From: an uncultured Actinomycetes bacterium
GTDB lineage: Bacteria; Actinomycetota; UBA4738; HRBIN12
Direction: 5' to 3'
NCBI GenBank assembly: GCA_963832225.1
Contig: CAWHTI010000013.1
Location: 8,136-72,135 of the forward strand
Length of the DNA stretch: 64,000 nucleotides
Below, in pieces: positions 1 to 9,943 of this stretch (positions within the stretch are counted from its first letter, which is position 1; the number at the start of each line of letters is the position of its first letter). A program made the position numbers and the translations under genes. The notes under the pieces were generated by a model that worked only from the letters and a program-made list of their open reading frames with translations, ran no database searches and had not been told where the DNA came from.

Positions 1-553
1 GCCACGCCGACCGGCGCCACACCTCGCGGGTCCTCGGGTTCACCGGGAGGCCGGTCACGTACGAGCTGTTGAGCGGAGCGACGCCCAGCACGTCCAGGAA
101 GCAGCCGTCGTAGCCGCTCTCCTGCAGGTACCGGCGGCAGCGGTCGGCGACGGCCTCGCGCCACCCGGGCTCGGCCGGGTTCATCAGGTAGTTGCCCCAG
201 CCGCGAGACTTCACCTTGTTGCCCGCGCGGTCGCGGAGGTACCAGCTGTTGGGAAAGGCGGATCCCTCTCCGACCTGCGCCATCGTCCCGTTGAGATACA
301 CCAGGAGCACCAAGCCGGGGTTGGCGGCCTTCATCTCGGCGACGTGGTCGGCGTAAGTGCCCTTCAGCGCGGCGATCACGTCGAAGTGTCGCGCCTGCGA
401 AACGGCGCGCTCCCGCGACGGGTTCGTGGTGCCGGCCATGAAGTCCGCGGCCCACACGGGCATGCCGTCCTCGGCGAGGGCGGGGCCGCCGGCGAGTCCG
501 ACGAGCCCGGCAGCGAGGGACGCCACGAGCGTGAGAGCCAGGATTCTGCGCAT
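1..553 (-). CDS. Secreted putative glycoside hydrolase (GHL15/GH114-like TIM barrel), truncated by window edge; not in ORF track
   Basis: Hand translation from ATG 553: MRRILALTLVASLAAGLVGLAGGPALA (signal peptide)...MKAANP..VYLNGT..WYLRDRAGNK..YLMNP..GYDGCFLDVLG; clear paralog of 3166-4542 and 7400-8616. Confidence 0.75.
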   Translation of the reverse strand, partial: MRRILALTLVASLAAGLVGLAGGPALAEDGMPVWAADFMAGTTNPSRERAVSQARHFDVIAALKGTYADHVAEMKAANPGLVLLVYLNGTMAQVGEGSAFPNSWYLRDRAGNKVKSRGWGNYLMNPAEPGWREAVADRCRRYLQESGYDGCFLDVLGVAPLNSSYVTGLPVNPRTREVWRRSAW

Positions 554-687
554 ACGTGCCCATCGACCGGGCACCCGAGATGCTTTAGTCCGAAATGACT
601 AGCCTTGCCGCACAGGGCATACCGAAGATCGAGTAGGCCGCCCCGGCCGGTCCCGGCCGGATCTGGGTCTGGTCCGGCCGGCCTCGC

Positions 688-2877
688 TCAGGGAGACGGC
701 CAGCCGTGGAGGAGCCCCCCGCCGTTCGTGGCGGCGTACAGCTCCCCGTTCGGCGAGACCTCCAGGTCGTAGACGAACCCAGCGGCCCCGTTCCAGACCG
801 GATCGCTCACCCGCGAGAACGTCGCGCCACGGTCCGTGGATCGATAGAGACCGGCGGCGCCGCCCTGGGCCACGGCCGTCACGAACAGGGCCCCCGACGG
901 GGCGACGGCGATCGCGCCCGGGCGCGGGAACGACCCGATCTCCACGGCCACGAGGTTGCCGGCCAGATCGCCGGTGTCCGCGTGGTCGATCCGGAACAGG
1001 GCCTGGTTCCCGACCGAGACGTACAACCGGTCCGGCACCCGCGGGTCGTACGCCAGGAAGCCGGTGAGCTGCGATCCGGAGCGGCGTGTCCAGACCTGGC
1101 TCCACGTCTTGCCGTTGTCCGGGGAGCGCCAGATGCCCGAGTCGTGGTCGAACAGGTACACGAACGGTCCCGGCGGCCAGATCAACGATGCCGCGTGCGT
1201 GCCCTGGAAGCCCTGCATCGACGCGGTGTCGACGTGCGTCCACGCGCTCCCCGCCTTCCGCCAGATGCCGTCGCCCTCGGTGGCCACGATCAGTACGCGC
1301 TGGGTCCCGATCTGCCGCACGCCGATCGCGAGCGGCCGCACGCCGTTCGCGACCGTGGAGAGGCCCTCGTCGGTCCAGCCTCCGCTCATCGTGGCCGCCG
1401 CGGAGTAGACCTCGCCGCCGACGTTGCCCTCGGCCGAGCCGGTCCCCAGGAACACCCGGGGCGCGGGGCCCGCGAGGACCTCGACGTCGAACGCGGTGGC
1501 GCCGCCGCCCGGCCGGCGCTGGGCCACCGTGTCGCCGCCGTCGGTCGAGGTGAGGTGGACCCAGTCCGCCATCGCCGCGTACACGCGCTGGGGATCGGCG
1601 TGATCGAAGGCCACGCCGCGGACGATGCTCACGCCCAGACCGTCGACCGCCGGGTACCAGTCCGTTCCGCCGTCGGTCGCCCGCCAGATCCCCGAGCGGC
1701 CGGCCAGGAACACACGGCGGCGGAGGCACTCCCCCGCCGGCGGAGCCACGGGGTCCAGCGCGATCGAGGCGGGCGCGTAGAAGGAGCCGCCCGGGATCAG
1801 GGTCGGCCGGTACAGCCACCAGTGCTGGCCGCCCGAGCCTCCGATCTCATCGTGCATCCGGGCCGCATCCGCGACCAGCGACGTCCAGGTCACGCCGCCG
1901 TCCGTCGACCGGAGCACGCCGCTCGTGCCGCCGCGATCGCCGCCCGCGTAGAGCACGGTCCGCCCGCAGGCCCGGTAGCCCTCGATCGACATCCACGCCG
2001 GTCCCGACGGCACCGTGACGCCGCCGATCCTGGTCCAGGTCGCCCCCCCGGTCGTGCTGCGGTAGATGCCCGCCGTCCCGGCGGCGACGAACAGGCTCGA
2101 CCCGACGAACAGCAGCTCCTCCGGCCTCGCCGGAGCGGTGGGCAGTTTCACGAACGTTCCCGTGTCGGCGGCGTCCACGGTCTTGTAGATGCCCTCGCCG
2201 TAGGCGGCCACGTAGAGCACGTCGGGGTCGGCCGGATCGATGGCGATCCCGCGCAGGAACCGTCCCGAGGCGCCCAGAGGCGTCCAGGTGTGCCCGTGGT
2301 CGGCCGAGCGGTACACGCCCTGTTCGAACGTGGCGGCGTAGACGAGGTCCCGTCCCGGATCGAACGCGAAGAGGTGCCCGGTCGACCGCGGATGCTTCGG
2401 CGGGAGGGTCGGCCAGCCGTCGTTGTTGCCGCCGGAGAACTGCGGCACGGTGGAACGGAGCTCCCACGTGAGTCCGCCGTTCGAGGAGACCAGCACGCCA
2501 CCGTTGCGCCCCTCGTCGCCGACGGCCGCGTAGACCTCGCCGGGCACGGAGGGTGAGAACGCGACCGAGGCGACCTTGAGCTGGTCGATCCCCGTGACGC
2601 CGGTGTTCACCTGGGTCCAGGTGGCCCCGAAGTCCGTGGAGCGGTGCAGGCCGGACACGTCACCGCCCGCGATCATCAACCCCGACCCCGCGGGATCGGC
2701 CGCGATGACGTTCACGAAGCCGCCTCCCTCGATGCCGCTCTGGCGGAACCCGGTCGCCGCCGGGGCGGGGAGCGAGGACGCCAGCGTGGAGCTCACGACC
2801 AGGCACAGCACCGCGACCACGGCGCGCGGGCGGCGCGAACGGCGGGCGGCGGCGGAGGTCGTCGTCGGTGTGTGCAT
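688..2877 (-). CDS. Secreted BNR/Asp-box repeat beta-propeller (GH74/VPS10/YCF48-like)
   Basis: Many RSTDxGxTW Asp-box repeats; hydrophobic signal segment ending PAPAA; start set at ATG 2877 (track ORF extends to 3129). Confidence 0.8.
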   Translation of the reverse strand: MHTPTTTSAAARRSRRPRAVVAVLCLVVSSTLASSLPAPAATGFRQSGIEGGGFVNVIAADPAGSGLMIAGGDVSGLHRSTDFGATWTQVNTGVTGIDQLKVASVAFSPSVPGEVYAAVGDEGRNGGVLVSSNGGLTWELRSTVPQFSGGNNDGWPTLPPKHPRSTGHLFAFDPGRDLVYAATFEQGVYRSADHGHTWTPLGASGRFLRGIAIDPADPDVLYVAAYGEGIYKTVDAADTGTFVKLPTAPARPEELLFVGSSLFVAAGTAGIYRSTTGGATWTRIGGVTVPSGPAWMSIEGYRACGRTVLYAGGDRGGTSGVLRSTDGGVTWTSLVADAARMHDEIGGSGGQHWWLYRPTLIPGGSFYAPASIALDPVAPPAGECLRRRVFLAGRSGIWRATDGGTDWYPAVDGLGVSIVRGVAFDHADPQRVYAAMADWVHLTSTDGGDTVAQRRPGGGATAFDVEVLAGPAPRVFLGTGSAEGNVGGEVYSAAATMSGGWTDEGLSTVANGVRPLAIGVRQIGTQRVLIVATEGDGIWRKAGSAWTHVDTASMQGFQGTHAASLIWPPGPFVYLFDHDSGIWRSPDNGKTWSQVWTRRSGSQLTGFLAYDPRVPDRLYVSVGNQALFRIDHADTGDLAGNLVAVEIGSFPRPGAIAVAPSGALFVTAVAQGGAAGLYRSTDRGATFSRVSDPVWNGAAGFVYDLEVSPNGELYAATNGGGLLHGWPSP

Positions 2878-3000
2878 GGTCGAGGGGGACCGCGAGCTCG
2901 CGGACCATCCACGGTAGCGGGTGCCCGGGCGCCGGCACAACCTCCTGCGGCTAGGCCGAATGGCTGCATCTCGGCCGATCAGGGCCTGGACTCCCCGGAC

Positions 3001-3036
3001 GATGCGCCAACGGATGCGCCAGAGGATGCGCCAGAC
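3001..3036. repeat. 3 x 12-bp direct repeat GATGCGCCA(A/G)nn
   Basis: gatgcgccaacg gatgcgccagag gatgcgccagac, upstream of the BNR gene. Confidence 0.8.
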
Positions 3037-3097
3037 GGTGGCCGGAGACGACGAACGGGGGCCGGCCGGCCCCCGTGTCGTCGCGCGTTCCCCCCGA

Positions 3098-3155
3098 GTG
3101 CTCAAGGAGCGAAGGGATAGCCCCCCCAACGGCTCAAGCAGCTAAGCGATAGCCC
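3098..3155 (-). repeat. Two copies of 26-bp REP-like element (period 32)
   Basis: Reverse complements GGGCTATCCCTTCGCTCCTTGAGCAC and GGGCTATCGCTTAGCTGCTTGAGCCG match the fourth 8757-8881 unit at 24/26 and 23/26. Confidence 0.8.
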
Positions 3156-3165
3156 CCCAAAGGGC

Positions 3166-4542
3166 TCAGCGCCGGGTCAGGATCTGCCCCGTGTGCGGCG
3201 CCAGCGTCACCGACGTGACCAAGGTGCCGCCGAGGTTGCGGTAGGGCTCGGAGAGCGCCACCGTCGCCGATGAGGTCGTCGGGTTCACCAGGACCAGCCC
3301 GTTGGAGAAGACCCGCCGGTACACGGCACCCGCCTTGCTGTAGGGACCCGACGGCGTACCGATGGGCACGTCCCAGTACGGACTCGGCGTGGAATGCAGG
3401 TGATCGGAGCGGAAGGTGAAGAAGGCCTTGCCGGGTGCGTAGCCGAGCAGGAAGGTCGCCAGCGCGTACCGGTGCCACGTGTCGATCTGCGCCGCGGTCG
3501 CCGTGCTCCAGACCTTCGTGGTGACCACGATCCTCGATCCCCGCGCGACCGCGTCGGCCACCATGTCGACGTCCTTCTTCCACGTGACCTCGTTGCGATA
3601 GAAGTTCACCGCCGAACGAGGCTCGCGCACGAACACCTCGGCCATCGCCGTGCCGACGCCGTCCAGGAGCCGCTCGCGGGGCGCCGCCGGATCGAAGTAC
3701 GGGACGCCGAAGCCCAGGCCGTTGGCCATGATCGGCCGCGGCGCGATGGCGGCCCGGACGCTCGCGCCGATCGCCGACGTCGCCTCCATCCAGTCGTGCT
3801 GGGTCCACACCGCGCCGGTGCGCGGATCGATCGGGAGCCCGGTCACCGACGACGGGTTCAGGCCCGAGGTTCCCAGCACGTCCAGGAAGCAGCCGTCGTA
3901 GCCGCTGTAGGTGAGGCGGTAGCGGCAGACCGAGGTGACCTCGGAGATCCACGCCGGGTTGCGCGGATCCATGAGCCACGTGTTGAACCCGTTCGCCATG
4001 ATCTTGTTGCCGCCCCGGTCTCGCGCGTACCACGACTCGGGGTACTGCGACGAGGACTTGGTGCTCGAGAACGTGCCGTTCACGTACACGTTCAGTTCGA
4101 GGTCCGGGTTGGCCGCCTTCATCTGCGCCACCCAGGGCTTGTACGTGGCGAGGTGCGCCACGATGATGTCGAAGTTCTGCGCCTGGCGGAGCGCCAGCGA
4201 CTGCGTCGCCTGATACGAAGTGACCCCCGTTCCGTTGGCCATGAACTCGGGCGCCCACGTGGTGATCCCCTCCGTCGATACGGGTGGCGCCGGCGTCGAG
4301 GTCGGCGACGGCGACTCCGATGGGCTCGGGGAGTCGGTCGGCGTCGGCGTCGGCGTCGGCGTGTCGGTCGGCGTGGGGGTCGGTGTATCGGTGGGCGTCG
4401 GCGACGGGTCCACCACGACCGGCTCCTCCTTGCGCCGGTGGCCGCGCTTCCCAGCGGTCGCGGGCGCGACGGAGACGACGAAGATGCTCAGGGCAACGAC
4501 TGCGATCAAGCTCATCCGGAACCGCCGGCGGGTTCTGTCCAT
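3166..4542 (-). CDS. Secreted putative glycoside hydrolase (GHL15/GH114-like) with Pro/Thr/Ser linker
   Basis: Signal peptide, PTPTDTPTPT linker, YDGCFLDVLG and AMAEVF motifs. Confidence 0.75.
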   Translation of the reverse strand: MDRTRRRFRMSLIAVVALSIFVVSVAPATAGKRGHRRKEEPVVVDPSPTPTDTPTPTPTDTPTPTPTPTDSPSPSESPSPTSTPAPPVSTEGITTWAPEFMANGTGVTSYQATQSLALRQAQNFDIIVAHLATYKPWVAQMKAANPDLELNVYVNGTFSSTKSSSQYPESWYARDRGGNKIMANGFNTWLMDPRNPAWISEVTSVCRYRLTYSGYDGCFLDVLGTSGLNPSSVTGLPIDPRTGAVWTQHDWMEATSAIGASVRAAIAPRPIMANGLGFGVPYFDPAAPRERLLDGVGTAMAEVFVREPRSAVNFYRNEVTWKKDVDMVADAVARGSRIVVTTKVWSTATAAQIDTWHRYALATFLLGYAPGKAFFTFRSDHLHSTPSPYWDVPIGTPSGPYSKAGAVYRRVFSNGLVLVNPTTSSATVALSEPYRNLGGTLVTSVTLAPHTGQILTRR

Positions 4543-4774
4543 CGTGGGACCTCCTGACTCCTACCTCGCATCAGGTATCGGGTGATGGGGGTTAGTCCTC
4601 GATAGGGGGGTCGGGTGATTCGTTCGGGACCATTCGACGTACGAAGGTCGGAGGAGACCCCAAAGACATCCCCACCGCCCCCCGCCCCCGCGACGCCCGG
4701 GAGACCGTTGCCCTTCCAGCGTGCCCAGAAGTCCCTTGCGCACGGTCCGGGGGCGTTGTCATCATGGGCAATCC

Positions 4775-6133
4775 ATGGGAGCGCAGGGTGCCGGCGGTCG
4801 GCCGCCGAAGCGAGGTGCGGCCCGGCCGCTCACCAGGAGGAGCTTCCTGGCGGGCTCGGCCGCCGTCGTGGGCATCCCGGCCGTGCTTGCCCGCCCGGCC
4901 GAGTTCGCCCACCCACCCAGGCCCCGGACGACCTCGCCCCTCCCCGACCACGCGGCCGTCACGATCGACGCCGGTGGGCTCCTGGCGGCGATCCGAACCA
5001 CCGGGCCCTCCGAGGCCATGCTCAGGGCGTGGCCGACCGCGCACCCCTCGGCGGTCCAGGAGTCGCTGTGGTACCCGACGAACGCGGCGCAGGTCGTCAA
5101 GATCCCGCTCGCCACCGCGGGAACGGCGGGCGCTGCATGGTCATGGCAGTGTCTGGTCCGCGACCCCTTCGTCCCGGACGCGCCGCCGATCGCCGACGCC
5201 GTGCGGACGATCCCTGCCAGGCCGGCCGCCGCGATGCCCTCGTCGTTCACGTTCGCGTTCGGCTGCTGTACGACGCGGAACCTCGGGAGGTCCTTCGTCG
5301 TCGTGCGGGACTCGCAGCCGCAGTTCTTCGCGATGCTCGGTGATTTCGGCTACCCCGACAGATCCTCGGGGATCGCGCCGGTGGCGCAGAACTACGGCGG
5401 CTACGCCCGCGCCTTCTCCGACGTGCTGCGCCATCATCGGATGGCGTCGATCCTGCGGTCGATGCCCTTCTTCCCGATGCTCGACGACCATGACTACGGC
5501 CGGGACAACTGCAATCGGACCACGATCAAGCCCTTCGCCGGCCAGGCCTTCGCGGACCTCATGCCGGGCGGCGCCTTCCCCGCGCCGAACTACCGCTCGT
5601 GGTCGGTGGGAGACGCGGACTTCTTCCTCACCGACAACCGGCGTTGGAAGGATCCGGACCTCGGTCCCTACGCGAACGGCCGATACATGAGCGTGCTGGG
5701 ATCGGTGCAGCGGAGCTGGCTGCTCCAGTCGCTCGCCGCCTCCACCGCCAGGGTGAAGTTCGTGTTCATCCCGATGACGATGGCGTGGTACTGGTCCCGT
5801 GCCGAGGCCTCCGAGGTCCGCTCGTACATCGAGGACCACGTGAGCGGGACGGTGATCTTCCTGTCCGGGGACAAGCACGCCGGGGCGTTCGCCCGCTACA
5901 GCCCGAGGGTCTGGGAGTTCCTGGCCGCGCCGCTGTACAACTCGACCAAGCACACGACTCCGGCCCGCTCCTCCGCCGTGATCTGGACCGAGAACGGCAC
6001 GGGCAGCGCCCTGTCGAACGTCGTGGGGCTGGTGGACGTGGACACGCTGGTCGCCGGGGCCTGCACCCTCCGGCTCGTCCGCGAGGACGGCGCGGAGCTG
6101 CATCGGGAGGTCGTCCGGCTCCCGGTCCCCTAG
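4775..6133 (+). CDS. PhoD-like alkaline phosphatase D family metallophosphoesterase, Tat-exported
   Basis: TRRSFLAG twin-arginine motif; LGDFGY, LDDHDYG, LTDNRRWK, LGSVQRSWL, LSGDKH motifs. Confidence 0.8.
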   Translation: MGAQGAGGRPPKRGAARPLTRRSFLAGSAAVVGIPAVLARPAEFAHPPRPRTTSPLPDHAAVTIDAGGLLAAIRTTGPSEAMLRAWPTAHPSAVQESLWYPTNAAQVVKIPLATAGTAGAAWSWQCLVRDPFVPDAPPIADAVRTIPARPAAAMPSSFTFAFGCCTTRNLGRSFVVVRDSQPQFFAMLGDFGYPDRSSGIAPVAQNYGGYARAFSDVLRHHRMASILRSMPFFPMLDDHDYGRDNCNRTTIKPFAGQAFADLMPGGAFPAPNYRSWSVGDADFFLTDNRRWKDPDLGPYANGRYMSVLGSVQRSWLLQSLAASTARVKFVFIPMTMAWYWSRAEASEVRSYIEDHVSGTVIFLSGDKHAGAFARYSPRVWEFLAAPLYNSTKHTTPARSSAVIWTENGTGSALSNVVGLVDVDTLVAGACTLRLVREDGAELHREVVRLPVP

Positions 6134-6161
6134 CGCCGCGCCCGCCGACTGCGGGGCGCGC

Positions 6162-7365
6162 TCACGGACATCCCGCCGACGTGTCGGCCACATCGCTCAG
6201 GCACCGGTCCCAGCCGCCGCCACCGTGGACCTCGTCGTGGCCCGTGCGGCCATCGTGGGCCTGGATCCAGTCATCGCCGACTCCCCCGCGGACCTCGTCG
6301 TCGCCGCGACCGGCGAAGAGGCGGTCGTCACCGTCCCCACCCAGGATCACGTCGTTGCCGCCCATCCCGCGCAGGACGTCGCCGCCGCCGAGGCCGCACA
6401 TGACGTCCGCCCCGCCGGTCCCACGGAGCACATCGGGGCCCGACGTGCCCTCGACCGTGCATGCCGGTCCGGCCGGGGCCGGTCGACCAGTCCGGGTCCG
6501 AGTCGACCGCTGGCGACGACGTGATGTTCACCGCGCCGGACCCGTCGGCCTGCATGATCCACACGTCCGAGGAGCCGGCGCGGTCGCTGCTGAAGGCGAT
6601 CCGATCCCCGTCCGGCGACCACGCCGGCGTGGAGTCGTCCGCGGGGTCCTGCGAGACGTTGCGGAGGGATCCGCCGTCCGGTCGCATCGCGTAGATCTCG
6701 CCGTCGCCGTCACGATCGGTCGTGAACGCGATCTCCGTCCCCGCCGGTGACCAGTCCGGATCGAACTCGTTCGACCCGGCGCTCGCGGTGAGGTTCGTCT
6801 GCCTCGAGCCGTCGCTCGCCATCGCGTAGACGTCCGAGCCCCCGCTCAGCCGGGTGAACGCGATGCTGCCGCCGTCCGGTGACCACGTGGGATCGAAGTC
6901 GTTCGCATCGGAATTCGACAGGTTGATCTGGTTCGAGCCGTCGGCATCCATGACGTAGATCTGCGCGCGCCCGTCCCGCTCGGACGTGAACGCGACCCTG
7001 GCGCCGTCCGGCGACCACGCCGGGCCGTAGTCGAAGCCCGGATCGTCGGTGAGGTTCGTCTGCGCGTCTCCGTCGGCGTCCATCACGAAGATCTCGGGGG
7101 CGCCGGTCCTGCTGGACGTGAAGGCGATCCTGGCGCCGTCCGGTGAGAAGGCCGGGGATTCGTCGAACCCGGGCGCGGAGGTTCGCCGCGTCGCCGGAGC
7201 TCCGGGCGCCGCATCGCTCGTGTAGATGTCCGGGCCGCCGTCACGGTTGCTGGTGAACGCGATCAACGTGCGGGATCCGCCCGGCGGCCCCGCGATCGCC
7301 GCGGCAGGAACGGCGGCGGCCGTGGCGAGGATCGAAGTGACGGCGACGAGCGATCGAAGCTTCAT
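6162..7365 (-). CDS. Secreted TolB-like PD40 propeller fused to C-terminal RTX/hemolysin-type Ca-binding repeats (frameshift ~6470)
   Basis: Repeated PAWSPDGxRIAF units; the frame continues as ACTVEGTSGPDVLRGTGGADVMCGLGGGD... GGxGxD repeats. Confidence 0.8.
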
Positions 7366-7399
7366 AGTGTCCTTCCACTGGGGGTGATGCGACGGAGGG

Positions 7400-8616
7400 T
7401 CAGGCATCCCTCAGGATCTGCGCGGTGTGCGGAGGGAGCCCGAGCTTCGAGCCGGCCCTGCGCGTCGCCCCGCCGAGGTCCACGTACCGGGAGCCCAGCG
7501 TGAGCGAGTGGCGCCTGGTGGTGGGGTTCACCACGACCTTGCCGTTCGTGAAGTCCCGGACGTAGAGGCCACTGGCCCTGCGGCGGTAGCCTCCGACCGG
7601 CGTGCCGAGCCGCACGTCCCACCACGGCGACGGCGAGGACAGTTGCCGGTTGTCGCGGAACGTGAAGTAGGCGTGTCCCGGCTTGTAGCCCAGCAGGAAG
7701 GACCCGAGGGCGTAGCGATGCCACCGGGCGACCTGGGCGTGCGTGGCGGAGCTCCACACCTTGGTCACGGCGAGGACGATGCTCCCCTGGCTGCGGTTCG
7801 CCGCGTCGATCAGCGAGTTGACGTCCTGCCGCCATGCGGTCTCACCCTTGTAGTAAGTGGTCCGCCACCGGGCGGCGCGCATGAACGCCTCCATCATGCC
7901 GGCGGTGCATCCGTCGAGGAGGCGTTCGGTGGGGCCCTCGTTGTTCATGTACCCCGGGCCGTCCACGAGGCCGTTGAGGAGCGTGGGCCGCGGCGCCATG
8001 GCGGCCTCGACCCTGGACGCGATGACCTTCGTCGCCTCCAGCCACTGCCGCCGGGTGTACGCCCGGTGCGTCGCCGGGTTCCTCGGCAGGGCGGTGAGCG
8101 AGTCGGCGTTCACGCCGGTGGGGCCGAGGGAGTCCAGGAAGCAGCCGTGGTAGTGGCTGGCGGACAGCTTGGTCCTGCAGGTGGACAGCACCGAGCTCTG
8201 CCAGCCGCTGCTCTTCGGGTTCATGAGGAAGGTCCCGAACTCCCTGGACCGGATCCGGCTGCCGGAGGCGCTGTGCGCGTACCAGCTGGACGGGAGGTGC
8301 GACTGGCTCGAGAACATGCCCTGGACGTACACGAACAGCCGCACGTTCGGGTTCGCCCGCACCATGGCCTGGACGTGGTCGTCGTAGGTCGTCGAGTGGG
8401 CGATGATGAGATCGAACTCGCGCGCTTGTCCCAGGGCGCGTCTGCGTCCGGGGTCCCAGGCGGTATGGCCGCTGCCCTTCTTCATCCAGTCGGGTGCCCA
8501 GACGGCGACGCCGGCGCCGGGCTTCGGGAGAGCGGAGGCGAGGTCGAGGGGGACAGGCTGAGGAGCGCCGCGGCGACGAGCACGCCGGCGGTCGCGATCC
8601 GGAACAGGTTCCGCAT
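7400..8616 (-). CDS. Secreted putative glycoside hydrolase (GHL15/GH114-like), third paralog (frameshift ~8500-8540)
   Basis: Signal peptide MRNLFRIATAGVLVAAALL in an adjacent frame; YHGCFLDSLG and GMMEAF motifs. Confidence 0.7.
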
Positions 8617-8756
8617 GTTCGGGGGCCTCTCGGGTGGACAGGGGGAAGAGGCCCCGCTGAAGCTACCGGCCGGCCTCCGCCGGAACAAGTATTGACCCAC
8701 GCCGCCCGAGCGTGTAATGCGCCGGGGCCGAGCAGCAGCTCCGTGGCCCGCTCCCT

Positions 8757-8881
8757 GGGCTATCGCTTCGCCACGTGAGCCCCCTCCCTGGGCTATCGCT
8801 TCGCTACGTGAGCCCGCTCCCTGGGCTATCGCTTCGCTACGTGAGCCCTCCCCCTGGGCTATCGCTTCGCTCCTTGAGCCC
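8757..8881 (+). repeat. 4 x 33-bp tandem array of 26-bp REP-like unit GGGCTATCGCTTCGCTACGTGAGCCC
   Basis: Units start at 8757, 8790, 8823 and 8856, with 7-bp C/T-rich linkers; terminal GGGCT/AGCCC inverted repeat. Confidence 0.9.
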
Positions 8882-8919
8882 GGGCGTCGCCGGCGCGGCC
8901 CGTGTGGTTTCCTTGGCCC

Positions 8920-9943
8920 ATGGATGCCTCGGAGCGCCCGGTCACGGTCCTGTACATCGCCGGCGCCGGGCGCAGCGGGAGCACGATCATCGACAACATC
9001 CTGGGCCAGGTCGACGGGATGGCCTCCGTCGGAGAGCTGCGCTTCCTATGGGAACGCGGCATCCTCGAGCAGCGGCTCTGTGGATGCGGGCGACCGTTCC
9101 TGGAGTGCCCCACGTGGAGCGCGATCCTGCTGGAGGCCTTCCCCGACACGGACCTGCCCGCGCTCGCCCGGCGCATGGTCGACCTGCAGCAGGCCGGGAT
9201 CCGAGCGCGCCGACTTCCGCAGGTGATCCGGCGGAGCTCCCGCGATCAGTTGCAGCGCACCATGTCCGAGTACCTCGGCAATCTGTCTCGACTCTACGCC
9301 GTCACCGCCGCCCACCTGGGCGGCGGCGTGGTGGTGGACTCGTCCAAGCTGCCCGCGTACGGCGCGATGCTCGAGATGCTTCCGGGCGTCGACGTGCGCG
9401 TGGTGCACCTCATCCGCGACCCTCGCGCCACCGCCTACTCGTGGCTGCGGAAGAAGGCGCTGACCGACCGCGCGGGGACGGCGTTCATGCAGCAACAGGG
9501 TCCGGTCAAGGCCTCCGGCGCTCTGGGACCTGTGGAACCTCGCGGCCGAGCTGCTCTGGCGCCGATCCTCGCGGTACCTGCGGGTCCACTACGAGTCGTT
9601 CGTGCAGGAGCCGCGCGCCGTCGTGGAGCGGATCCTCGCCCACGCCGGCCTCGCCGGCGCTGCGACGCCGTTCGTCTCGGAGCGGGAGGTGGAGCTGACC
9701 CCGAACCACACGGTGGCGGGCAATCCCAGCAGGTTCTCGACGGGACGCGTCGCGATCCGCGCCGACGACGAGTGGGCCACGGCCATGCGCCGGTGGGACC
9801 GGCTCCGCGTGACCGTGGTGACCTGGCCGCTGCTGCTCAGGTACGGCTATCCGGTACCCCCGGCGCCGTCGCCGGCTCCGCCTGCGCCTCGAGCAGCGGA
9901 TCGACCCCGCGATGACCGGGGCCCCGGCGGAACGACCGGGTGA
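8920..9943 (+). CDS. Sulfotransferase (frameshift ~9520)
   Basis: IAGAGRSGST PAPS 5'-phosphosulfate loop, VDSSK, HLIRDPRATAYS, then RVHYESFVQEP in the second frame. Confidence 0.85.

Noticed and set aside
8757-8881. CRISPR array
   Set aside because: Linkers are only 7 bp and nearly identical, there are no cas genes, and the same unit occurs singly elsewhere.
8717-9226. ORFs with PWAIASLREP / PLPGLSLRYVS repeats
   Set aside because: Translation of the 33-bp DNA repeat; the remainder shadows the sulfotransferase.
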